Virus record (IMG/VR): IMGVR_UViG_3300025425_001694
Source: a virus
DNA length: 64,000 bases
Reading direction: 5' to 3' (one strand)
The translations under genes and the position numbers were made by a program. The stretch's first letter is position 1; each line of letters starts with the position of its first letter. The notes under the pieces are model-generated. The model was not told where the DNA came from and did no database searches. It worked only from the letters and a program-made list of their open reading frames with translations. Below, in pieces: positions 1-9,604 of this stretch.

Positions 1-204
1 TCAAGTAGCTCGTCAAGTAAAAGAACATTGCGCAAAGGTATGAAAGGCGACGATGTAGCTAAGATGCAAAAAGCTCTCGGTGTTACTGCAGACGGCGATT
101 TTGGCTTTGGTACTCTAGGTGTAGTAAAAAAATGGCAACGATCAAACGGATTAACTCCAGATGGTATAGTTGGCCCAAAGACTCAAGCAAAAATGTTTAG
201 TTGA
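1..204 (+). CDS. C-terminal part of a peptidoglycan-binding-domain protein, probable endolysin (5' truncated by window)
   Basis: Frame 1 reads RTLRKGMKGDDVAKMQKALGVTADGDFGFGTLGVVKKWQRSNGLTPDGIVGPKT, a typical PG_binding_1 pattern; lies upstream of spanin genes. Confidence 0.8.
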   Translation, partial: SSSSSSKRTLRKGMKGDDVAKMQKALGVTADGDFGFGTLGVVKKWQRSNGLTPDGIVGPKTQAKMFS

Positions 205-252
205 TAAATAGTAGATAATAAGTTAAACCACAGAAGAATAAGGAGACAGTAA

Positions 253-591
253 ATGTCAATTAGAGATATTATAGAGCACTCGGTTAATAAAAATCCTCTC
301 GCCATGAGAGAAGCTTTGGACGAAGAAATGCGCAACCGTATTTCTATAGCGATCCAAGAAAAAATGATGGCGGAAAAAAATGCTGAAATGTTGGAAGCAT
401 CTGATGACGAAGATGACGAAGATGACGAAGATGATGACGAAGATGATGACGAAGACGAAATGGCATCTGAAATGAAAGAACTACATGCTTCTTCATGTGG
501 CAAAACAGAAATGTATGCCAAAATGAAAGAAAAGTATGGTTGTAATAAAGCAACATTTGAAGGTCTATACGCTTCCAACTGTACTAGCTAA
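253..591 (+). CDS. Acidic protein resembling T4 gp67 prohead core protein
   Basis: N-terminal helix followed by a poly-D/E tract as in gp67; RBS AAGGAG; late-promoter-like GATAAATA at 203-210. Confidence 0.5.
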   Translation: MSIRDIIEHSVNKNPLAMREALDEEMRNRISIAIQEKMMAEKNAEMLEASDDEDDEDDEDDDEDDDEDEMASEMKELHASSCGKTEMYAKMKEKYGCNKATFEGLYASNCTS

Positions 592-603
592 AGAAAGCTT
601 TAG

Positions 604-1053
604 ATGGCAAAGTTATATCTTCTAATCATAATGATTGGTATTATTGGCGGTGTAGGTTACACAGCTAAAAGCTACTATGAATGGTCAGAAGAAACCATCG
701 GAACACTTCGTGAGAATAACGTTAAATTGGTGTCTGCAACTGAAACTCTACAAAATACTGTAGATACGATGGTTGCAGACGCTGAACGTAATGAAGAACT
801 AAATCAAAATCTTACAATACAATTAGCAGAATCACGTGAGTACCTTAATACTTTACGTAACAAATTTGCTCGTATTGATTTAACTATGGAAGCCTTACAA
901 GATCCTGTAAACTTAGAGGAAAGGGTACAGCGTGCAGTTGACAGACTTATCAATGACATCGCTGAAGACACTGCTCGTCCTGGTGATACCGATGACACTC
1001 CTGACGGCGTGCTCGAGTCGGATACCGGAACCGACAGTAGTAGTTCAGACTGA
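604..1053 (+). CDS. Inner-membrane spanin (Rz-like)
   Basis: N-terminal TM helix plus long coiled coil; 3' end overlapped by a lipoprotein gene. Confidence 0.75.
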   Translation: MAKLYLLIIMIGIIGGVGYTAKSYYEWSEETIGTLRENNVKLVSATETLQNTVDTMVADAERNEELNQNLTIQLAESREYLNTLRNKFARIDLTMEALQDPVNLEERVQRAVDRLINDIAEDTARPGDTDDTPDGVLESDTGTDSSSSD

Positions 1054-1312
1054 ATATCAAAAACAAAACATTCCGATCCAATCACGACCGCCTGTGGTCG
1101 AGTTTCCGCCTGTTGAATGGCATGTAATAACTGAAGATAACGTAGATGCAAAGATGGAAGAGCTTAACGGTTCAACCGGTAACTTTGTAGTGTTTGCAAT
1201 TGGTCCTAAGGGATACGAAAATCTAGCCATTGGTATTGCTGAGATGCGCAGATATATTAATGAGCAAAAGGCTATAATTGTTTACTATGAGGATGCTTTA
1301 GAGAATAAATAA
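953..1312 (+). CDS. Outer-membrane spanin lipoprotein (Rz1-like)
   Basis: Signal peptide with lipobox LLTAC, Pro-rich segment, overlaps the i-spanin in another frame; ATG at 953 preferred. Confidence 0.75.
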   Translation: MTSLKTLLVLVIPMTLLTACSSRIPEPTVVVQTEYQKQNIPIQSRPPVVEFPPVEWHVITEDNVDAKMEELNGSTGNFVVFAIGPKGYENLAIGIAEMRRYINEQKAIIVYYEDALENK

Positions 1313-1342
1313 CATTAGCAGATTGTATTATGTTGAATACTG

Positions 1343-1370
1343 AAGGGGATATAATTTATATCCTCTTTTT
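1343..1370 (+). terminator. Intrinsic terminator
   Basis: aaggggatata-att-tatatcctctt stem running into a T-tract. Confidence 0.6.
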
Positions 1371-1399
1371 TAATTTAAACAGCTAAAGAGTAAACAAAA

Positions 1400-1864
1400 A
1401 TGGTAGACGACTTAAACACACTTAAAACAGACGTTGCTCTTATAAAAAAAGACATAAAACAAATAGATCGTGTATTCAACAAAGTGGATAGTGCGATTGA
1501 AGACATGTCTGAACTTCATAAAATCGCGGCAGTACAAGATACGATATTAGAAAACACTGAAAGAAGACTTACAAGTCTAGAAAACAACTTCGTAAAACAC
1601 GGTGATGATGAACTTGCGTTCAGGAAAGATCTAAATAAATCTTTAAATGAAATGAAAGAAGAGGCGCAAATCCAAAGAGAGCGTCGACATAAAGAAATTT
1701 TAGAAACGCTCAACTCAATGAACTCGTCAGTAAAAAAACGTCTTGAAATGCAAGATGAAAGAGTACGAACATTAGAAAATTGGAGATGGTGGATCCTAGG
1801 TGCGTCAGGCGGCCTCGTTTTCATTTTAACAAAATATAATGTATTGATGTCATTTTTTAGTTGA
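1400..1864 (+). CDS. Coiled-coil protein with C-terminal TM anchor (XhlA/holin-like)
   Basis: Heptad-rich body, RVRTLENWRWWILG followed by a hydrophobic tail. Confidence 0.5.
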   Translation: MVDDLNTLKTDVALIKKDIKQIDRVFNKVDSAIEDMSELHKIAAVQDTILENTERRLTSLENNFVKHGDDELAFRKDLNKSLNEMKEEAQIQRERRHKEILETLNSMNSSVKKRLEMQDERVRTLENWRWWILGASGGLVFILTKYNVLMSFFS

Positions 1865-1889
1865 CATTTTCTTATATCGGTGGTATATT
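1861..1889 (+). promoter_or_regulatory. Sigma70-type promoter
   Basis: TTGACA-N17-TATATT upstream of primase. Confidence 0.7.
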
Positions 1890-1924
1890 AAATAGTAACC
1901 CTATAAACCAACTCGTGAGGCGAA

Positions 1925-2938
1925 ATGGTAGATTTCGTAGACCTTCATTATGCAACTTTGTTATCAAACAGGCTCGAACGCTTTCGAGTTAGATCTACAA
2001 ACCCGTATAAAATAAATTTCAGATGTCCAGCATGCGGTGATTCTCAAACATCCCGCACCAAGGCTAGAGGATGGCTATTAGAAAAAGATAACACGTTTCA
2101 TTTTTATTGCCATAATTGTGGAGCAAGTCAATCTTTTTCATATTTCCTAAAAAGTGTTGATAACCTAGTATATAACGATTACATATCTGAAAAGTTTGTA
2201 AAAAAAGTAAGTGAAAAACAGCCAGAAAAAACGGCAATAGAAAAAACAAAATTTGAAACTCCGGTATTCAATACAGATCCACTTAAAAAACTAAAAAAGA
2301 TAAGTCAGCTGAATGTTAACCATCCTTTAAAAAAATATATTATGAAGAGAGGTATTCCACCTCAACATCATTATCGAATGTTTTATGCGCAAAAATTTAA
2401 AACATGGATTAATAGTGTTATTCCAAACAAATTTGAAAATGTTGGAAAAGATGAGCCTCGCCTGGTAATACCATTCGTAGACAAAAAAGGTAAAGTCTTT
2501 GGAGTTTCAGCAAGAGGTTTTGATCCAAAAGGAATGCGCTATATTACAATTATGTTTGACGATCGCCCAAAGATTTTTGGATTAGACAAAGTTGATTTTA
2601 ATAAAAAATATTTTGTAGTTGAAGGCGCTCTTGACAGCATGTTTCTTTCAAACGCAGTAGCTATGGCTGGTGCTGAAGGAAGTACAGCAGCATTACAAAA
2701 TACTAATAATGCAGTATTTGTATTTGACGCCGAACCTCGCAACAAAGAAATTCACAAAAGAATGGAAAAGGTAATTCGCAACGGTCATAAAATCTGCATT
2801 TGGCCATCTGACATTCCTGCAAAAGATATTAACGAAATGGTATTAGCAGGCTCAAATAATGTTGAAGAAATTATTCGCAATAACACATATACTAGCTTGG
2901 AAGCTAATTTGAAATTGATGACTTGGAGAAAAACATGA
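1925..2938 (+). CDS. gp61: DNA primase
   Basis: Zn finger FRCPACGDS...CHNC, TOPRIM motifs VEGALD and FDAEPRN, KDINEM. Confidence 0.95.
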   Translation: MVDFVDLHYATLLSNRLERFRVRSTNPYKINFRCPACGDSQTSRTKARGWLLEKDNTFHFYCHNCGASQSFSYFLKSVDNLVYNDYISEKFVKKVSEKQPEKTAIEKTKFETPVFNTDPLKKLKKISQLNVNHPLKKYIMKRGIPPQHHYRMFYAQKFKTWINSVIPNKFENVGKDEPRLVIPFVDKKGKVFGVSARGFDPKGMRYITIMFDDRPKIFGLDKVDFNKKYFVVEGALDSMFLSNAVAMAGAEGSTAALQNTNNAVFVFDAEPRNKEIHKRMEKVIRNGHKICIWPSDIPAKDINEMVLAGSNNVEEIIRNNTYTSLEANLKLMTWRKT

Positions 2939-3408
2939 TTAAGGCAATATTAGCATGTGATGATGATTGGGGTATAGGTAAAGGTGGTACATTGCCTTGG
3001 CCCAATAATGCAAACGACTTGGCGTGGTTTAAAGAAAACACATTAAACGATACGGTTGTTATGGGAAGGCGGACATGGGAAAGCTTACCAGTCAAACCGT
3101 TAACAAAACGCAAAAATATTGTAGCATCTAATACCATGAAGCCTCAGACAGGCATTGAAGTAGTTCGATCTGATATATACAAATCAAGGATGAATACTCT
3201 TAGTAAAACCGACAACATATGGATCATTGGCGGTTGCCATTTAATTGAAAATAGCTTACCTATTATTGACGAGTTTTGGCTAAGCCGCATTAGTGGAACG
3301 TACGATTGCGAAATATTTTTGCCTAGAACGTTAATTGAATTATCATACGAACTTTATAGTAGTCAGCACGAAGGTAAAGTATATGTAGATAAGTGGAAAA
3401 AAATATAA
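2935..3408 (+). CDS. frd: Dihydrofolate reductase
   Basis: GIGKGGTLPW, DLAWFK, VMGRRTWES, IIGG; ATGA overlap with primase. Confidence 0.95.
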   Translation: MIKAILACDDDWGIGKGGTLPWPNNANDLAWFKENTLNDTVVMGRRTWESLPVKPLTKRKNIVASNTMKPQTGIEVVRSDIYKSRMNTLSKTDNIWIIGGCHLIENSLPIIDEFWLSRISGTYDCEIFLPRTLIELSYELYSSQHEGKVYVDKWKKI

Positions 3409-4298
3409 TGCATCAATATAAAAATTTGATTAATGACATTATTACGAGTGGCGAAAATGTAAGTGATCGAACTGGTGTAGGAACTCGTTCTATTTTTGGA
3501 TATCAAATGAAGTTTGATCTTTTAGACGGGTTTCCTGCAGTAACAGTAAAAAAGCTTGCATGGAAACCAGTAGTTGGAGAGTTACTTTGGTTTCTTGAAG
3601 GAGGCACTGACGAACGACGTTTAGCCGAACTTACGTATGGAAAAGATCGCGAAGATTTGGTAAATAAAACAACCATTTGGACTGCAAACGCTGATAAGCA
3701 AGGGGTTGATCTAGGGCACTATAATGATGAATACATCAAAGATCTAGGCCCTGTGTATGGATCTCAATGGAGACGCTTTTCCTATTATCAGGACGATCCA
3801 CGGGGTGTAGACCAAGTTTTAAACGTAATTAATCAAATCAAAAACAATCCTACTTCTAGGCGCATTATTATGTCAGCCTGGAACCCAATGACTATAGATA
3901 ACATGGCGCTACCACCTTGCCATGTAATGACTCAATTTGTAGTTCGTAATGGAAAGTTGCATTGTCAAATGTACCAAAGATCAGCTGATGTAGGTCTTGG
4001 CGTTCCATTTAATATTGCATCATACGCGTTGCTTACACATATTATCGCAAGAGAATGCAATCTTGAGGTTGGTACGTATGTTCATACTATTGGAGATGCT
4101 CATATTTACAACGATCATTTATATAATCTTGCAGAAGTATTGGATCGAGAATCTTATCCATTGCCAACTTTAAAAATAGATGATACATTTAATCTTATTG
4201 ATCGTTTAGCGTCAGGCTTTAAAAAAGAAGACTGTAGTTTATTTACTTTGGATAACTACCAACACCACCCAGAAATTAAAATGAAAATGGCCGTGTAA
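3408..4298 (+). CDS. td: Thymidylate synthase (ThyA type)
   Basis: DRTGVGT, ELLWFL, LGPVYG, MALPPCH, YQRSAD, VPFNIASY, GDAHIY. Confidence 0.97.
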   Translation: MHQYKNLINDIITSGENVSDRTGVGTRSIFGYQMKFDLLDGFPAVTVKKLAWKPVVGELLWFLEGGTDERRLAELTYGKDREDLVNKTTIWTANADKQGVDLGHYNDEYIKDLGPVYGSQWRRFSYYQDDPRGVDQVLNVINQIKNNPTSRRIIMSAWNPMTIDNMALPPCHVMTQFVVRNGKLHCQMYQRSADVGLGVPFNIASYALLTHIIARECNLEVGTYVHTIGDAHIYNDHLYNLAEVLDRESYPLPTLKIDDTFNLIDRLASGFKKEDCSLFTLDNYQHHPEIKMKMAV

Positions 4299-4460
4299 AA
4301 AAATAAAAAATATATGAAACAATTCGTATATGTTGTGGGCAAGGCTAATAAATATAATATGTCGGACATCGTAATGTCTAAATTTTCAAAACAATAAAAT
4401 TAAAGAGACCGTATTGCGGAATATGATTTCTTTACTTAATCAGCAAAAAAGGTTATAAAT

Positions 4461-5741
4461 ATGCTCGAAGGTTCTTTAGCACTAGAATATTCTAAAGCAG
4501 TTAATTACGTTTTAAAACGTGATGGCTCTACTGAAAATTTTAATGTCGAAAAAATCCAAACCGCTGTTTCCAAAGCAATGAAAGCAGTTGGAATTAAAAG
4601 CAAAAATCTTTCAAGCGAGATTGCTTCTAACGTCGTTGTTCATTTAAACACGGATTTTAATGATATTATAGTTGAAGTTGATTCTGTTCATAAAGCAGTA
4701 GAAAATGTAATCATGGATATGGGTCTACACGATCTCGCCCGTGAATATATTTTGTTTCGTTTTAATAATATGCCAAACATTTTTCGTAAGCGTACTAATT
4801 TAAAACCATACGAATATCCACAGTTGGTTGAATACACGGATGCTATTCGTCATTCATATTGGGTACATACTGAGTTTAACTATTCGTCAGACATTCAGGA
4901 TATGAAAGTTCGTATGACTCCTGAAGAAGTTGAAATTGTAAAAAAATCCATGTTAGCGATTTCTCAAATTGAAGTTGCGGTAAAAACCTTTTGGTCGAAA
5001 ATAGGAGACAAGTTTCCAAAGCCGGAAGTTGCTGCGGTTGGAATTACATTTGGAGAATCAGAAGTACGCCATGCTGACGCATATTCAAATCTTATTGAAA
5101 TTATGGGTCTTAACGAAGAGTTTGAAACAGTTGTAGAAGTACCAGCAATGAAGAAACGCATTGCATACCTCGAACAGTCTATCGGTACTCCTACTGACGA
5201 TAAAGATTACTTCCATAAAATTATACTATTTTCTATGTTTGTAGAAAACGTATCTTTGTTTTCGCAATTTCTTATTATGATGGCGTTTAATAAACACAAG
5301 AATGTTCTTAAAGGTATTTCAAATGCGGTTGAAGCAACGTCAAAAGAAGAAGATATTCATGCTCGCTTTGGTTTTGAATTAGTAAACATTATTCGTGAAG
5401 AAAACCCAGAATGGTTTAACAAAGAAAGTGTCGTAGAAGTTAATCGTTTGTGCCGAGATGCGTTTAAAGCAGAGTCCGCGATTGTTGACTGGATTTATGG
5501 TAATAGCGATTTAGATTTCCTTCCAAAGGATACTGTAAAAGAATTCTTAAAACATCGCTTCAATCAATCTCTTATTGCAATAAAATTGAAACCTCTTTAT
5601 GAAGTTGATGAAGAAAAAGTACGTTCAACAAATTGGTTTGCAGAAGAAATTCTAAGTACAAAAAATGTAGACTTTTTTGTAAAACGTAGCACTGCATATT
5701 CTAAAAAAACAAAAGCTTTCACAGAGGATGACCTTTTTTAA
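4461..5741 (+). CDS. nrdB: Ribonucleotide reductase beta subunit with N-terminal ATP-cone (class Id-like)
   Basis: ATP-cone VLKRDGS...EKI...AREYILFR; ferritin-like ligands QIEVAVK, ESEVRHADAY, FVENVSL, KEEDIH. Confidence 0.92.
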   Translation: MLEGSLALEYSKAVNYVLKRDGSTENFNVEKIQTAVSKAMKAVGIKSKNLSSEIASNVVVHLNTDFNDIIVEVDSVHKAVENVIMDMGLHDLAREYILFRFNNMPNIFRKRTNLKPYEYPQLVEYTDAIRHSYWVHTEFNYSSDIQDMKVRMTPEEVEIVKKSMLAISQIEVAVKTFWSKIGDKFPKPEVAAVGITFGESEVRHADAYSNLIEIMGLNEEFETVVEVPAMKKRIAYLEQSIGTPTDDKDYFHKIILFSMFVENVSLFSQFLIMMAFNKHKNVLKGISNAVEATSKEEDIHARFGFELVNIIREENPEWFNKESVVEVNRLCRDAFKAESAIVDWIYGNSDLDFLPKDTVKEFLKHRFNQSLIAIKLKPLYEVDEEKVRSTNWFAEEILSTKNVDFFVKRSTAYSKKTKAFTEDDLF

Positions 5742-5792
5742 AAAATTAAAAATTATGATATCAAACAAAATTAGTATACTCAAGAGGAAAAC

Positions 5793-7448
5793 ATGGAAAA
5801 ATTTTATTGGCTAAACGAAGACTCGCGTACATTTTTATCACGTGGATATTTAAGTGAAGGTGAAACACCAGAAGGTCGTATTCGTAATATTGCAGACGGC
5901 GCTGAAAGAAGATTGGGTATTAAAGGATTTGCCGATAAATTCTATGATTATATGAGCCGTGGTTATTATTCTCTTGCATCCCCGGTATGGGCAAACTACA
6001 ACAAAGATCGCGGGCTACCAGTTTCTTGCTTTGGTTCTTTCATTGACGACAGCATGGAATCTATTCTGTGTGGCCATGCTGAAAATGGAATGCTTATGAA
6101 AAATGGTGGAGGTACATCTGGATATTTTGGTGCAATCCGTGGAAGAGGAGCTGAAATTAAAGATTCTGGCGAGTCTTCAGGATCTGTTCACTTTATGCAA
6201 ATGTATGATACTCTAGCTTCTGTAGTTTCTCAGGGTTCTGTGCGACGTGGTTTCTTTGCTGCGTACACAGATATTGAACATCCAGATGCTAGAGAATTTT
6301 TAGACATTGGTACTGAAGGCAATCCAATCCAAGGTTTAACAACTGGTATTACTGTTTCTGATAAATTTATTAAAGAAATGAAAGCAGGTGACGGTGATAA
6401 ACGTTCTCTCTGGGCAAAGGTATTACAACGCCGTTCTGAAATTGGATTTCCGTATATTTTATTTTCTGACAACGTAAACAATAACAAACCTCAAGTTTAT
6501 AAAGACTTTAAAATGAGAATACACGCGTCAAACATGTGTGCGGAAATTGCGTTACCATCTTCTGCAGAAGAAACCTTTACGTGTGTTTTGTCGTCCATCA
6601 ATATTTTGCATTGGGACGAAATCATTAAAACAGATGCGATCGAAGTAATGACTATGTTTCTTGATACAGTATGCCAAGAATTTATTGATAAAACCGAAGG
6701 TCAAATTTACATGAAAAGAGCTCGTGATTTTGCGATTAATCACAGAGCTCTTGGAGTTGGTATTCTTGGGTGGCATTCATACTTGCAATCAAATATGATT
6801 TCGTTTGAATCAAAAGAAGCGGCTCAGAAAAATCTTGAAGTCGCAAAAACACTTAGAGAAAGAACACACGCTGCGTCTAAAGAATTGGCCGAAAAACTTG
6901 GAGAAGCTCCATTACTAAAAGGCTATGGAATGCGCAATACAACTACTATGGCTATTGCGCCAACAAAATCAAGTAGCTTTATTCTTGGTCAAGTATCGCA
7001 ATCAATTGAACCAGAATTCTCTAACGCGTATGTAAAGGATTTGGCAAAAATCAAAGTTACTATTAAAAATCCGTATCTTACTAAATTGCTTCAAGAAAAA
7101 AACGAAGACAGTCTTCAAACATGGGATTCAATTAAAAATAGAGATGGTTCTGTTCAGCATCTTGAGTGTCTTACACAAGACGAAAAAGAAGTGTTTAAAA
7201 CTTTCTCTGAAATTAACCCATATGCAATAGTAGACCAAGCAGGAATACGCCAGCAATACATCGACCAAGGACAGAGTTTAAACTTGATGTTAGATCCAGA
7301 TATGACTGTTAAAGAAATTAACCAATTGTATTTGTATGCTCACACCGCGGGTGTTAAGAGTCTTTATTATAGCTATTCCATGTCTGCGGCGCAATCACTA
7401 ACTCGTAAACGTGTTATGTCTGATGATTGTGCAGCTTGCGAAGCATAA
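5793..7448 (+). CDS. nrdA: Ribonucleotide reductase alpha subunit, no ATP-cone
   Basis: VSCF, GGGTS, SNMCAEI (NxCxE), AIAPT, SLYY, C-terminal CAAC. Confidence 0.95.
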   Translation: MEKFYWLNEDSRTFLSRGYLSEGETPEGRIRNIADGAERRLGIKGFADKFYDYMSRGYYSLASPVWANYNKDRGLPVSCFGSFIDDSMESILCGHAENGMLMKNGGGTSGYFGAIRGRGAEIKDSGESSGSVHFMQMYDTLASVVSQGSVRRGFFAAYTDIEHPDAREFLDIGTEGNPIQGLTTGITVSDKFIKEMKAGDGDKRSLWAKVLQRRSEIGFPYILFSDNVNNNKPQVYKDFKMRIHASNMCAEIALPSSAEETFTCVLSSINILHWDEIIKTDAIEVMTMFLDTVCQEFIDKTEGQIYMKRARDFAINHRALGVGILGWHSYLQSNMISFESKEAAQKNLEVAKTLRERTHAASKELAEKLGEAPLLKGYGMRNTTTMAIAPTKSSSFILGQVSQSIEPEFSNAYVKDLAKIKVTIKNPYLTKLLQEKNEDSLQTWDSIKNRDGSVQHLECLTQDEKEVFKTFSEINPYAIVDQAGIRQQYIDQGQSLNLMLDPDMTVKEINQLYLYAHTAGVKSLYYSYSMSAAQSLTRKRVMSDDCAACEA

Positions 7449-7462
7449 ACTAAAATAAACTA

Positions 7463-7491
7463 TTGACATTGTAATAGAATCAGTATATAAA
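7463..7491 (+). promoter_or_regulatory. Early promoter cassette with GANTC in spacer
   Basis: TTGACAttgtaataGAATCagtaTATAAA. Confidence 0.7.
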
Positions 7492-7520
7492 TTATTAACA
7501 GTGAAAAAAAGGTTCGAGCA

Positions 7521-8009
7521 ATGAAAAAGACACTAATTAGCATGGCAATCGTATTTACATCAGCCGTATCAGCGGCAGCAGATTGCAATAAAGAAGATCA
7601 GATCCACGCGCTAGCAATGAACATGTATCACGAGGCGCGTGGGGAAGGATCCGAAGCAATGCAGCTAGTCGGAGAAGTAACTCTAAATAGAACTAAAAGT
7701 AAACATTTTCCAAATAATATTTGTAAGGTTGTTTACCAAGCAAGGTTTGATTCTAAAGGAAATCCTCGGCGACATAAATGCCAATTTTCATGGTATTGCG
7801 ATGGTCTTTCAGATAAACCTTATAACGCAAAATCGTGGAAACAAGCTGAGGCCATCGCAACCGGCCTCGTGAATAAAACTATTTCTTTAATTGGAATTCA
7901 AGCTACTCACTACCACACAAAAAGTGTAAACCCGTATTGGGCAAAGAAATATACTAAGCTCGGCATGCACGGTACTCATGTATTTTATCATATGGGAAAT
8001 AAGCTGTGA
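7521..8009 (+). CDS. Cell wall hydrolase, SleB/Hydrolase_2 family
   Basis: Signal peptide; LAMNMYHEARGE, VTLNR, CQFSW, ATHYH, HVFY. Confidence 0.9.
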   Translation: MKKTLISMAIVFTSAVSAAADCNKEDQIHALAMNMYHEARGEGSEAMQLVGEVTLNRTKSKHFPNNICKVVYQARFDSKGNPRRHKCQFSWYCDGLSDKPYNAKSWKQAEAIATGLVNKTISLIGIQATHYHTKSVNPYWAKKYTKLGMHGTHVFYHMGNKL

Positions 8010-8191
8010 TAAGATGGTATGATTGGGTGCTAGCATTTGTAGTAGCAGATTTGTTTATAGCGAATATTGCCATGTTATTCAAATCCACGAACATTCTTGT
8101 AACTGCAATAGCATTCTTTTCGTGTTATACTCTGTTACATTTGTGGAATAAATATTATTGTAAATTTAGGTTAAAGTTGGAAAATAATTAA
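8006..8191 (+). CDS. Small membrane protein
   Basis: Two hydrophobic segments; GTGA overlap with upstream gene. Confidence 0.6.
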   Translation: MIRWYDWVLAFVVADLFIANIAMLFKSTNILVTAIAFFSCYTLLHLWNKYYCKFRLKLENN

Positions 8192-8210
8192 AGTAGGAGT
8201 TATATTTAAA

Positions 8211-8435
8211 ATGTTACACACTATTGAATCTCTCATAGAACGCATTAATGTAATGAAAGACAAAGCAATTCAATTGCATCGCATACGAAATCAATATAGT
8301 GAATTAAGCGGAAAAGAATACGACAAAAAACAAGCACAGTTGTTGTTAGATGATATACAAGCTATGGCGCTATCAATTGCAAAAGATCGTCAAGGTAATG
8401 AAATACTAACTGATATGGATGAATGGAAAAAATGA
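8211..8435 (+). CDS. Hypothetical protein
   Basis: RBS AGGAG, in operon. Confidence 0.7.
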   Translation: MLHTIESLIERINVMKDKAIQLHRIRNQYSELSGKEYDKKQAQLLLDDIQAMALSIAKDRQGNEILTDMDEWKK

Positions 8436-8770
8436 AATATGTAATTGATATTGACGGTACTATTTGTACTGAAGTAATACTTCCTGGAACTGGCGGAAAG
8501 AAAGACTACGCTAAACATATTCCAATGGTGGATCGTATTGCAAAAGTAAATGCACTGTATGATGCAGGACATACTATTAAATATATGACAGCACGTGGGT
8601 GCGTAAGTAAAATTGATTATTATGATCTAACTAAAGAACAACTAATAAACTGGGGTGCAAAGCATCACGAACTAAGTGTAGGCGAAAAAGAAAACTACGA
8701 TATTTGGATTGACGATAAAGCTTTTTGGAGTGAAAACTTCTTCCGTAGAACAGGCGAAAGCTATGAATAA
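8432..8770 (+). CDS. HAD-superfamily phosphatase (capless)
   Basis: DIDGT, MTARG, IDDK motifs. Confidence 0.8.
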   Translation: MKYVIDIDGTICTEVILPGTGGKKDYAKHIPMVDRIAKVNALYDAGHTIKYMTARGCVSKIDYYDLTKEQLINWGAKHHELSVGEKENYDIWIDDKAFWSENFFRRTGESYE

Positions 8771-8921
8771 AAAAACCTGTGATGCATTTTTTTGTATTAA
8801 CCAAACTCCAAAGAAATATCGTTACTGTCATGATTGCGCTAAACGCAAAGGATTAGCCGGTGGCACTAATTGGTTTGGCTGGGTTGTATTCTTTATAATT
8901 ATAATAGTACTTTTCGGATGA
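8763..8921 (+). CDS. Small Cys4 protein with C-terminal TM
   Basis: CxxxxC...CxxC then FGWVVFFIIIIVLFG. Confidence 0.55.
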   Translation: MNKKTCDAFFCINQTPKKYRYCHDCAKRKGLAGGTNWFGWVVFFIIIIVLFG

Positions 8922-9421
8922 GTAAAATTAATAAATTTAAAAGTAAAATTGATAATTTTTTTGGGTGGGTTAAAGTCACTGAGTTGGTTGAGCTTGAAAA
9001 CATTGATGTTAGCGAAGATCCAGTGCGCCCAGAACTTGATGTAGAATGGCGTACAAGCTACGGCCGCAAAATATATGGTTTAAAATATAACGAAGAAATT
9101 GAAGGTATCATTTGCATTGCATATACCAATGATGTACCCTCAAGTGTAAAAGAATTAGACCTAATGAGTCAAAATGCTTACTTACAGAATAATAGCGATA
9201 CTGCAGTTGCTTACACTGTGTGGAGCCGTAAACGTGGCGCTGGTAAAGAAATTATCGGAAAGGTAGGCGAATTAATGAAAGATGTGCCTGAGATTAAAAC
9301 ATTAGTAACTTTAAGTCCTCTAACACCAATGGCAACACATTTTCATATTCGTAATGGTGCAAAGCAGATTGCTATTAACAGCACTACACAAAATTTTAAG
9401 TATGATTTAACAAAAGGATAA
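8918..9421 (+). CDS. GNAT-fold protein resembling a malonyl-CoA decarboxylase catalytic core
   Basis: IAYTNDVPSSVKEL, TAVAYTVWS, GAGKEII, PEIKTLVTLSP. Confidence 0.45.
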   Translation: MSKINKFKSKIDNFFGWVKVTELVELENIDVSEDPVRPELDVEWRTSYGRKIYGLKYNEEIEGIICIAYTNDVPSSVKELDLMSQNAYLQNNSDTAVAYTVWSRKRGAGKEIIGKVGELMKDVPEIKTLVTLSPLTPMATHFHIRNGAKQIAINSTTQNFKYDLTKG

Positions 9422-9424
9422 CAC

Positions 9425-9604
9425 ATGATTGACAAATATTTTTTAAGTATAACGATAGTGTTAATATTAATAGGCTGTGTCTTACTAGGAACAATATTAA
9501 TTAATATTGGTGATAATATTGATAATATTAATCTAAAGCTACAAGAATCTGGGCGCATGCTAGATGCAATGTCGAATAAGCTAGAGGATATGCCAGATGG
9601 GTAG
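9425..9604 (+). CDS. Small membrane-anchored protein (59 aa, not in ORF track)
   Basis: RBS AAGGA; MIDKYFLSITIVLILIGCVLLG...; fills the operon gap. Confidence 0.6.
   Translation: MIDKYFLSITIVLILIGCVLLGTILINIGDNIDNINLKLQESGRMLDAMSNKLEDMPDG

Noticed and set aside
183-578. Minus-strand poly-Ser and His-rich ORFs
   Set aside because: Antisense shadows of the poly-Asp/Glu tract
4323-4338. NrdR box upstream of nrdB (ttcgtatatgttgtgg)
   Set aside because: Only the right half fits the consensus and no second box is seen
4454-4461. TATAAATA late promoter for nrdB
   Set aside because: Overlaps the start codon, so a transcript would begin inside the ORF; probably chance or part of the RBS spacer
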